DNA of 63,912 bases, the filler included, from Conidiobolus incongruus B7586 (lineage: Eukaryota): assembly GCA_000697335.1 (NCBI GenBank). It is 11 parts of 11 records of this genome, joined end to end, with 100 filler letters (N's around TTAATTAATTAA, not from the genome) between each part and the next. Parts side by side here need not be neighbours in the genome. Positions count along the whole stretch, not along the records: positions 53,940 to 59,707 come from JNEM01000405.1; positions 59,808 to 63,912 come from JNEM01000415.1; 9 more parts are not named here. The stretch is one strand, 5' to 3'. The translations under genes were made by a program, and so were the position numbers. Positions within the stretch are counted from its first letter, which is position 1. Every line of letters begins with the position of its first letter. The notes under the pieces were generated by a model, which saw only the letters and a list, made by a program, of their open reading frames with translations, made no database searches and was not told where the DNA came from. This document shows positions 53,940-63,912 of the stretch, piece by piece.

Positions 53940-54488
53940 ATATTAATTATAAGAATTTAATATAAATCAATATTAAAAAAGATTATATAATATGATTATA
54001 TATAATAAATATTTTATAATATTTATTTTTATAAATAATTTTTCAATTTTGAGATTTTTTATATAAAACATCAACTTTGAATGAAAAATATCATTATTAT
54101 AGAGATTTTAATTAACTTTATATCAAAAAATTATAAAAAATCTCAAAAATAATTAAAATTACTTTTTATAGGTTTTTTATAAATAAAAGAAAATTTTTAA
54201 TTATAATAATTATTAATTTTATTTAATTTACTCAGATTTTACTTTTAATATTATTATTATTATTATTAATGAAAAATTTAAATTTTTTAATTAAAATTCA
54301 TATAAAATTTAAAAATTTTGTTTTAAAAATATATATATTGATATAATTTAATTATAAATAATTAAACAAAATATTTATTATTATTTGAATTAGAGAAAAT
54401 AAACAAATTTAAATATAATTTAAATTAAATTAATTTGAGTTGATTGGCATTCATTATTTTATTTATATCAATGTATATAATTAAATAT

Positions 54489-54820
54489 TGTCACGAGCCA
54501 GGTGACTTCCTTTTACCCAAGTATTTTGACACTAATGTAATGTTAAAGCTATTTCCCCCTAGCATTCCATCTGCTCCCGCTCTATCTGTTAATTGGTCGA
54601 TGGTGCAAGTCACCGGAGAATCACATGAATTATATTACCCAACTATATATAAAATCCGGAATTAGAGCTATCCTCAACAAGAGGAGTTGGACTAGGGTTC
54701 TCCCAGTTATTTGACTTAAACCAATAAACCCCTATCTCCCTAACATTTACCTAGAATTCCCCAGACCTTCCTCTTATATCTAAATTACTCTGGACACAGC
54801 TTCATCAAGATGTGTTAATA
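54489..54820 (+). mobile_element. Probable solo LTR of a retrotransposon
   Basis: Sharply bounded ~330-nt GC-richer island starting TGTCAC, with internal TATATAAAA (~54646) then AATAAA (~54723) in U3-R-U5 order. The 3' end is degenerate (no clean CA). Single copy in the window. Confidence 0.55.
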
Positions 54821-55078
54821 TTTAATTGTAATTTATTTTTTTATATAAATTTCTTAATAAAGTAAAATATCTTTTAATATATTATAATTAATTAAATCAT
54901 ATTAAAAATTATAACTAAAATTTTATTGTTGATTTATATAAAATTATTACTATGTCACATATAATATTATTTATTATTTGAAAAAGTATTATAAAAATTT
55001 ATATTAATTTATTTTATAAAAAATTTTTAAAAATTTTTATAATTGAAAAAAAAAATGATTAAATTTCTTTATCCAAAA

Positions 55079-55149
55079 TGCAATGGCGGGGAATCGAACC
55101 CCGGTCTACCGCGTGGCAGGCGGTAATTATACCACTAAACCACCATTGC
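55079..55149 (-). tRNA. tRNA-Gly (GCC), intronless
   Basis: 71 nt GCAATGG...CCATTGCA; anticodon arm ACCGC-CTGCCAC-GCGGT; T-loop GTTCGATTC; TTTT terminator just downstream. Confidence 0.97.
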
Positions 55150-55621
55150 TTGAAAATTAATCATAGTAAATTTGAAAGATTTCAAAATTTAACCCATTTA
55201 ATAGTAAATATTAATTTCATTTCCGCTGATTAGATTTTATTATCAGTATTTTGAATTTGATAATAAATGATTATTTTTTAATAATAGCCATTATTAATAT
55301 TAATGTTTCAATTATTTCATTTAATATAATATAATTTTACTCATAATTAAAAAAACAATATTTTTTTTATTAATTAATCTTTAATGATTAATTATTAAAT
55401 AAATTTTATCAAATTAAATCTCATTTGAATTATTTAAATTTTTAAAATTTATATAACTTATAATAATTTATTATTATTATTATTATTATTAAGTAATTAT
55501 GATGAAGAGATCTATAATTAATAACGTCTTTTTAATTTAATTTAAAATATGAACTTTTCTATATATAACTGTTTTTAGTCAATTTTTTTTCTTCAAATTT
55601 CTCCCATTTTTTAAATTTTAA

Positions 55622-56092
55622 ATGACCATTGTTAAGTTAATAAGCTCTGAAAATATTGTTCTCACTGTTGAAAAAGATGTAATCATTGGTAGTAGATTAA
55701 TTAAGAATGTCTTGGAAAACATTACTGAATCTGAACCTGAGATTCAACTACCAAATATAAGTGCTCCAATTCTGACCAGAGTGATAGAATATTTGAATCA
55801 CCACAAAAACGATTCTTTAGAAGTTGTGGGGGAAGATAGAGAAAATAAGACCAAATACTTGGAAGATATTATGTCTTTAGACTATCAATTTTGCAAAATT
55901 GATTTAAATACCCTTTGTAATTTAAATATGGCATCAAAATATTTGCAAATTAAACCTTTATTCGAACTCACTACCGAATTTATTCATAATATGCTTAAAG
56001 AGAAATCAGATGAAGAAATTATTTATTTGCTAAATATTCAAACTAATTTAACTATTGAACAAACCAAGCAAATTAAACATCAAATTCAATAG
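55622..56092 (+). CDS. Divergent Skp1-family protein (paralogue 1)
   Basis: IVKLISSE, SRLIKNVLE, IQLPNISAPILTRVIEYLNHH, ASKYLQIKPLFEL, NMLKEKSDEEI; intronless. Confidence 0.9.
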   Translation: MTIVKLISSENIVLTVEKDVIIGSRLIKNVLENITESEPEIQLPNISAPILTRVIEYLNHHKNDSLEVVGEDRENKTKYLEDIMSLDYQFCKIDLNTLCNLNMASKYLQIKPLFELTTEFIHNMLKEKSDEEIIYLLNIQTNLTIEQTKQIKHQIQ

Positions 56093-56951
56093 GATTGAAA
56101 ATTAGGTTTTAAATATTAAAATAATTATGTATTGCTAATAATATTAATAAATTCAAATCTTAACTTATTATATACATATATTGATAATTATAGTTTGTAA
56201 TTATTTACCTAATATTATTTCATTTTATTTATTATATTTTATATTCATTGAATATCTCACTTTAATATATATAAACTCTTTAATATTTTATAAATCTTTA
56301 AAGTAAGATAATTAATATAATTGGATATGGAGTATTTACAATATAATTGATCTTAAATTAATTGAAAAGAATAAAAAAATATTCTTTTAATTAATATTAA
56401 AATATATAATTTATATATTTGAATGATATATTATTAAAATTTAATTTTAAAATAATTTTTTTTAAAAAATAAATATAAAATAGTCTTAATATTAAATAAT
56501 AATAGAATAGAATTTTATATATTATTAAATTATTTTTTATAAATATAAGTAATTAAATAATTCAAATAGTATTATTAATTGGAATATATATATAATAAAA
56601 TAATTAATATATTAAAAAATATTTTTTTATATAATATTAAAATTTGAATTAAAAATTTAATATTATATAATCTAAATATTACTTATCAAATTAATGAAAA
56701 TAATTAACTAACTATGAATCATTAAAAGGATTTTTAGATATCTCATTATAATCAATCTAATTTTAATTAATTTATTATTATTATGAATCATTAATTAAAA
56801 ATTATATTTATAATTAATAAAACTAATTAAACTTTTATTTTAATGATGAAATAATGAATATTTGATAATTATAATAAATTACAAAATTGAATATAAATAA
56901 AATTATACAATTAATTTTATTCCTCAGTTGTTTTAATTTTCTATAATTTTA

Positions 56952-57442
56952 ATGAATATTTTGTAACTTTAAACTCTAAAAAAAATCTCCTTCATAATTG
57001 AAAAAGACATTATAATTCGTAGTACCATGATCTTAAACATGTTGGAGGATATCAGTGGAACTGAAACTGAGATTCTATTATTAAACGTAACAGCTCCTAT
57101 CCTAACTAAAGTCATCGAATATTGGGATCATCGCAAAGCTGATCCTTTAGTAGCTGAAGATAAAGATGACCACAATCAGGATCTCAATAAGAACAAACTC
57201 ACGGACGATATCAATCCTTGGGACTTCAACTTCTGCCAAGTTGACTTGGATACCCACTAAGACTTGACGCTAGCAGCCATTTGCTTGGATATTAAACCAT
57301 TATTTGAACTCATCTGAAAATAATATCCAATGTGATAAAAGGCAAAACTGTTCAAAATATTCGAGACGCCTTCCAAATTGATGCTGATGGATTAACCAAG
57401 GAAGAGGAGGAATTGATGGAAAAGCAGAGTCAATGGTGTTAA
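56952..57442 (+). pseudogene. Skp1-family pseudogene (paralogue 2)
   Basis: ATG 56952 followed by a frameshift; NVTAPILTKVIEYWDH and INPWDFNFCQVD; stops at 57258 and ~57315; then canonical C-terminus NVIKGKTVQNIRDAFQI...LTKEEEELMEKQSQWC*. Confidence 0.9.
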
Positions 57443-59014
57443 TGAAGCTAATATTTGAGATAATTTCTACACTTTTTTTTCAAATACGATGATAATAAAT
57501 ATATAACAGATTTAGGTGTATTAAATTGAAATTAATTGATAAGTATTTTTTTTATTTCAAAATCAATGTTTTTCTTAGTATATTCATTATCTTAAACAGA
57601 TAAATAATTACTATTCATCATATTTACTAATATTTAGGTTTTAATTATTAATTATAATATTATTTCATAAACCTTTTTAATTAGTATAAAAAAATAATCT
57701 AATTTTTAATAATTTTTGTCTTTATTTAAATTATATGTTTTTTTATTCAAAATTAGATAATACCTTATAATTATTAAATATTAAAATATAAGTTGTTAAT
57801 ATCACTTGAGTTATTATATAAGTCTAACATGACTTAATTTCAAGACTTAATGAAATATTTTAGTAACATGTTAAATCTTTGAGATTATTATTATTAAATA
57901 AATAATTTTGTATTAATTTTTATTAATTATTTAGTTTTAATTAATTTAAAATTTGAAATAGTGTTGTATTTCAAGAATACTTGTCTATCTTGATTTGATA
58001 GTTAAGCTAATATTATTTCTAATTCAAGCTGGTTTTATCAGTCTATAATTAAAGAATACTCTTTGTTATATTTTAACCAAACTGTGTGTCATTCATTAAA
58101 TGAACTATTTAGATTTAAGAGTGATAAAAGATGAAGATTTTTTGGATCTCATACTACAATGGCTTAGCAGTAAATAGACTTGAAAACATATCATCCTAAT
58201 ATATTAAAGAGCAGGATTAATAGATAGTTTGCTAAATTATATTATAAGTACTTTTCAAACAACAATTTATATATACACAACATTAATTGGTGAAAAATCG
58301 GGGTAACTGTTAGATTATATCAAATGACATTAATTTAGATATGACAGATATGCTAATCTATAGTGTCGATACCAAAGTATTATAACTATTGCATTTGTTA
58401 TATTATTTTGTGTTATTACATTTTAAAAAGAAACATTAGAAAACATATTGCAACACAACACTAATTTTGGTTTTGAATAAATGCTTGACTTAATAATTAT
58501 AAATTATATTATATTATAACTGATTTATCTTAGGTAATATAAATTCAGTTTGTATTATTTTTAAATATAGAATGATTAATAATAGGAAGATTATGCAGTA
58601 AATCAAAAATAAATATTATTCATATAATTATATATCTTATTAAATTTGTTGAATAAATTTTTTTTGATTTCAAATAATTAATCAAATTAATTAAAATCAA
58701 ATTAATAAAAAATATTTCTTTATACATAATATTCATTACAATGAAGAATAATCAATAACTCTCATTCAGTTTATCATTGTCTTATAGACTATCAATTTAG
58801 AACTAAAACCAAATAGGTAAGTTAAAGAATAAATTAAAAATAACTAGAAACTTGAAATTTAGATTTTTTTTACCTTGATTAAATTTATGAAATGATACTT
58901 TAAATTAATTCAATTTTATTTTTGAAACAAATTTTGAAACAAAATTAAAAAAGTATATAAAAAAAACTAATTTTTATTTAATTTTATAAAATTTTTTATT
59001 TTTCTTCATTTATA

Positions 59015-59407
59015 ATGACAATAATTACTCTTGTCACTTCAGAGCCCAATACTTTCACCATTGAGAAAAATATCATTATTAGGAGCGCTAAAATCAAATA
59101 CTTGTTAGAATGCAATGGTGATTTGCAACCTATTACTATTCCTAACATATCTGGTGCTATTCTTTATAAAGTACTTTGTTATTTGAATTACCATCAGAAT
59201 GATCCTTTGGATCCCGAAGAATGCAATGTTAGTATGAATAGTTTAAAATCTACAAATGTCTTAGAAGCTTGGGATATAGAATTCTTTAACGTTGACAAAG
59301 AATCCCTCTATGAGATTGTATTTGCAGCAGATTATTTAGAGATTCATAATTTGTTAAATTTAACTTTAAAAATTCTTAAAGAAAATTTTGATGAATTTAT
59401 ATTATAA
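59015..59407 (+). CDS. C-terminally truncated Skp1-family protein (paralogue 3)
   Basis: ITLVTSE, ITIPNISGAILYKVLCYLNYH, WDIEFFNVDKESLYEIVFAADYLEIHNLLNL; ends before the KGKT..EIR..F helices. Confidence 0.85.
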   Translation: MTIITLVTSEPNTFTIEKNIIIRSAKIKYLLECNGDLQPITIPNISGAILYKVLCYLNYHQNDPLDPEECNVSMNSLKSTNVLEAWDIEFFNVDKESLYEIVFAADYLEIHNLLNLTLKILKENFDEFIL

Positions 59408-59707
59408 AAAAAATTAATTCAATATGAAAAAAAATTAACCAATTACTTTTTTTTACAAATTTTTTTTTGAAATAGATTTAAAATAAAAAAGATGAATTTA
59501 ATAAAATCTCAATTATTAATAACAATAATTATTAAACATTTTAAAATTGTGATAATTAATTTCGAATGATTCTAGGTAATAGTTAGTACTATTTATTGTC
59601 ACATATTGATTATTGTATTACTTAATATAATTTATTATTACCCATACTTTTTAGTAATTAATATTCCAACTTTTAAATTAGCTAAAATTAATATATATAT
59701 ATATATA

Positions 59708-59807
59708 NNNNNNNNNNNNNNNNNNNNNNNNNNNNNNNNNNNNNNNNNNNNTTAATTAATTAANNNNNNNNNNNNNNNNNNNNNNNNNNNNNNNNNNNNN
59801 NNNNNNN
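59708..59807. other. Artificial contig spacer
   Basis: N44-TTAATTAATTAA-N44. Confidence 0.98.
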
Positions 59808-60647
59808 ATTATTATGGATAAAAATATCAATATCATAACATAATTATATTATGGAAAACATATTGCTTTAAAAAATATATATTTTATAAAATTTCAATAA
59901 TTAAAATATATATACTTAATAATTATTAAATTTATTCAGATAATACCTCTAATATTTCAATTAAATCATATATCTAAAATTTCAACTAGAATTATTTTAA
60001 ATATAATTTATTTGCTTTATTTATTATTTTATAGAATAATTTTTCATTATATATAAATGAGATAGTATCAAATTATATCAATAGTGAAATTGAAAAAATG
60101 CTGAAAAAATTATTAAAAAGTTATAATCAATAATGGTTAAAATTATTGAGTGTATCAAAGCATTAAAAACAACTTAATAAAATATATCACTCATATATTG
60201 TCAGCTTTAATTCATAATACACATTAGGGTTAAATTGGATGAATTGAAGTTATTTTCATTAAAATCTATTTTATTATTATCAGTATTAGAGACAAATTAA
60301 ATGAACTTAAAATAAGTTAATATATATTTTTACTTTGTGTTGACGTTACTCAATATTTAAACTTATAATTGAAAATTATTAGAAAAATATTAAGCTAGGG
60401 AACATATGAAACAGTGATGTAGAAGTATAAAATATTAAGAATAGTTGCAAACATATAAAATTGAATGTGTGAGTTTTTATTAATTATATTTGAATTAAAT
60501 ATATATTTAAATATGTATGTAGTGGATGAAGAGGAATAAAACCTATAAAAAAGGGCTATGGGATGCTTTATGAGTCATTAATAAATTGCCTAAATTTGGT
60601 ACACATCAGTCCTTCTAGAACTATGAATAGATAGGATGTTAACCCAT

Positions 60648-61403
60648 TTAAAAACATTCAGCGGTTCTGTTGACTTCGGCAGGTATACCATATTTAACTG
60701 GACCATCTCCACATTTAATATCATCTCTTTCAGAGCCAGTGGGACATCCAAATACACTGTTGGTGGACCAGTATCGACATTGGCCAATTAAACCAGCTCC
60801 ATAGTCACGGGCATCGAAAGTAGGTTTAATGGGTTCATTCACAATTGGTTCATCGCCAACAATTCTCATATCAGCACAGTTGACATAGTGGGCGAAAGAA
60901 GTGTCTTGTTTAGCATAATAGATACCACCACCATACCAGAGCCATTGGAGAGTTACTGGGCCATTGGGAAGACTTTGAGGAACAGTAAAGTTGGTTCTAC
61001 AGATTTCGAAGCCATTTCCATTGTCTCTACCCAAAATTGATTCATACTTATCTTCTCTGCAATCAGTTTCAAAACATGAATAATGAGTAGCATGCTTATC
61101 AAAAGCAGTATGATCGTCAGATTGGTCGAATGGAACCATAGCTAAACGAACGAAGCCACCAGGGTGGTTATGTCTCTTCCAATTGACTTCAATAGTTTGA
61201 CCTCTTTTAATTTCCCTTACTTGAGTCCAAGGCTTGTCGATTTGGGAAGCAGCTCTGGGAGCATCGCAAGCAGTCTCACACCCCTGACCACGGGAACAAT
61301 AACCCCACCACTTTAAATTTCCTCTGGGAACAGGAGTATTCAAGTTAGCGTGACCAGAAATGCCGAGAATAAAAGAAATCAAAGCTACAGATTTGATCAT
61401 CAT
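60648..61403 (-). CDS. Secreted histidine-brace protein, lytic polysaccharide monooxygenase-like (family unassigned)
   Basis: Signal peptide ends ISG, then H-ANLNTPVPR. Further motifs GQTIEVNW..HNHPGGFVRL, VTLQWLW and HYVNCADMRI. Cys-rich; intronless 251 aa. Confidence 0.8.
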   Translation of the reverse strand: MMIKSVALISFILGISGHANLNTPVPRGNLKWWGYCSRGQGCETACDAPRAASQIDKPWTQVREIKRGQTIEVNWKRHNHPGGFVRLAMVPFDQSDDHTAFDKHATHYSCFETDCREDKYESILGRDNGNGFEICRTNFTVPQSLPNGPVTLQWLWYGGGIYYAKQDTSFAHYVNCADMRIVGDEPIVNEPIKPTFDARDYGAGLIGQCRYWSTNSVFGCPTGSERDDIKCGDGPVKYGIPAEVNRTAECF

Positions 61404-63912
61404 TATAAAACAGTTGTATATATTAGATTAAGAAATATATTTAAATCTATGAGATAATGAAATTAAATACAGATTGAAAACACTTCTCAAGTCGAATCAA
61501 TCAGATTGAAAATACTAAAAATAAAATAATGAAAAACCATCAATATATCTATATAATATTCTTTTTTTTACTCATTTAATTTCAGATAAAATTTTCAAAA
61601 TATTATTTACTCAAAAATACCTTTAAAATCTGTGCACCACATACTAGTCCATTCTAAAATTCATTTTTCTCACATCTCTACATACAAACAAAATTAGTTA
61701 ATGAATAATATTGATGAAAAACTTGATATTATAATTTGATTTGTTCATACTTTATGGAAGTATTATAATACAACAATTAATGAATTATAGCAGTATAATA
61801 AATCATTACAAAATGGATATTGGGGACAAATCGAAGCAGAAATAACTCTAGATGTTAAATTTTACAAAATATATATTACTGTAATAAATCTGGAGTCTTG
61901 CTTCTCCACTAATGTTCACTTCCCCTTGCAAAATTCAACTCACCTCCTCCTAAAATGGCTCCTCATTATTCTCGCATGCTGATTGGACAATAGCTCCATT
62001 CCTTCTAAGCTTTTGGTTACACATCCATCTAACAACTATCAAAAAAATCACATGCTCTTTTAAAGATTGTGCTATATGTGTTTTATTTGAATTACTAGAA
62101 ATTCGATTTCTCTAAAAACCTTTTTTTTCTATATTCCATTGTTCTTTCTCAGATTTTCCTTCTAGTCAATATTTTATTTATTAATACTTTTTCAAGTATA
62201 TAATCGATATTTCAACTATTAATTCATATGTCATTTTAAAAATAGCCATACTAGCTGTTAAATTTTACTCACTCTTTGCTACCCTAAACTAGTAATTATC
62301 AGTTCCCCCTTCGAAATTATTACAAAAAGTTAAAAAAAATAAGATTCCAATTTTTAAATAATATAGAATATATAAAAAATATTTCAAATCAAGCCAATAT
62401 TTCTTAATTTGGCCTGATTTTTTTAAAATTGAATTTAATTATCTAATTTTCAAAATTAAATAGGCGTAATATTTTTCCGAATTTACGTTTATTTCAACCT
62501 AGATACCTTCATTAAAATAATATTTAAATATCTCTAATAATAAAATAAATATTTGATTTTAAAATTTTTAAATAATAAAGACACACTTTATTTATATATT
62601 GAAAAATTATTTGGATATACTCTTTAAGTAGTCATATTAACTAGAAAATCAATGCTTACTACGCTTGTAAATAAATTTAATAGGAATCTAACTGAATATT
62701 TAAAAATCATTCTCATTATCTTAAAACAAACTTCACAAAGTTCACTTGGAATCCTTTGATGATGTATTGAGTATAAATTAGACCTGATTATTGTACTCTT
62801 GATATCATCATATTTATATAATTCCTCAATCCTAAACTGAAATTTGTATTAATAGAAATTTGAAAAATTTCATTAAAAGATTATTTTCAATTTGTTGAAT
62901 AAAAGGCTATATCTAATTTAAATGAATAAATGAAAAACAGGATGAATTCTTCCTATAATTTAAATATATATATAACTCTCAATTTGTTCAGGTAAAATAA
63001 CTTGAATTGTTGAATATTAGTTATGATTTAAATGGAGTAAAACAAAAAGTTTTCCGAGGTACTGAAGCTTATTTTTAATATGTGTTAATAGATAATTTTT
63101 TATACAATAATCTAATCGCACAATCTTCATCGTTAGTATTGATTTAAATTTATTTTTTTTAATATTAAATATTTCATTTAAATAAATTCAAAACTATACA
63201 AAAAATGAAATTGATTCTGATATTAGATATAAAATTACTTTTTGATTTTGAATTAAAGAGGAAGTATTTCAGTGATTTCTGAAATTAATAAAAAAAATTA
63301 TTATTAGAGGAAGAGATAACCATTCATATATTAATAAATTGATATTGAAGGTTAATTTTCATAACTATTATTTTCAAGCTACTTTCCTTTTTCCATAGGG
63401 GTTGAAATTTTATTTTATAATATCTAAAGCAATATTAAAAAGAATTTAATTAAATATTCAAACTATATTTTCATTATATTTTTATAGATTATAAAATAAT
63501 AATATAGAATTTAAATATTATCATAGTTATAAAATTAAATAAAAATATTATTATATGATTTATAAAATTTATTAAACAATATAAAATAATATTTTTATTA
63601 TTATTTATAACTTTTTACTATATTTTTAATAAACTTCTAATATTTAAAAAATAGTTCTTTTTATTAAAGACAAAGATTTGATGATTGATAAATTAATTTA
63701 ATATATTTATAATAATTCTTTTCTTGCAAGTATATTTTTTAATTATTCAAAACAATTATAACAATAAAGGCTATAATTTAGTGAATTTATTAGATATTGT
63801 TATTTTTTCTGTTTTTTTTATTAAAAATTCATTATAAGCTTGGTTTTATATATTTCAATATTACTATATAAAATAATAAATATTTTTAATTTATAAAAAA
63901 ATTATTTAATAA

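Noticed and set aside
54444..54665. 73-aa ORF starting at TTG
   Set aside because: No ATG start; it runs from AT-rich flank into the LTR-like island and is better explained as non-coding.
6229..59807. TTAATTAATTAA palindrome recurring every 5-7 kb, superficially like a regularly spaced repeat or recombination-site system
   Set aside because: It is always centred in exactly 44+44 Ns and gives six-frame stops, so it is an assembly concatenation linker, not biology.
1..63912. Window-wide gene cluster (e.g. TFs + SDR + LPMO + Skp1)
   Set aside because: The genes lie on different contigs separated by artificial spacers, so linkage is unsupported.

Overview
This is very AT-rich eukaryotic DNA with short spliceosomal introns (about 50-65 nt). 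Gene content points to a fungus, and I infer a Conidiobolus-like early-diverging lineage. The window is not one locus: 11 contig pieces of about 4-7.4 kb are joined by ten identical artificial 100-nt spacers (N44-TTAATTAATTAA-N44), so gene adjacency is only meaningful within a piece. Intact genes I can reconstruct are an 8-exon vezatin-like gene, a small SET/post-SET protein, a DUF1752 + double GATA-finger transcription factor, a divergent RPC11/PAM17 pair, a PAS-like protein, a fungal TF middle-homology-region (MHR) protein lacking a Zn cluster, a ligand-less SOD-fold (Mrp1/Rsm26-like) mitoribosomal protein, a 9-exon Sso-type syntaxin, a 78-aa secreted peptide, an SDR oxidoreductase, tRNA-Gly(GCC), two divergent Skp1 paralogues and a secreted histidine-brace LPMO-like protein. 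The intergenic DNA holds many decayed genes: an SDR duplicate, a Skp1 copy, a Zn2Cys6 TF, a GPCR-like relic and an orphan frame with two in-frame TAA. It also holds a three-copy 350-440 bp dispersed repeat and a probable solo LTR next to the tRNA. The most interesting items are the atypical LPMO-like protein, the tandem Skp1 birth-and-death cluster, and the repeat family with strong C>T/G>A decay. All family calls come from motif recognition by eye; no searches were run.
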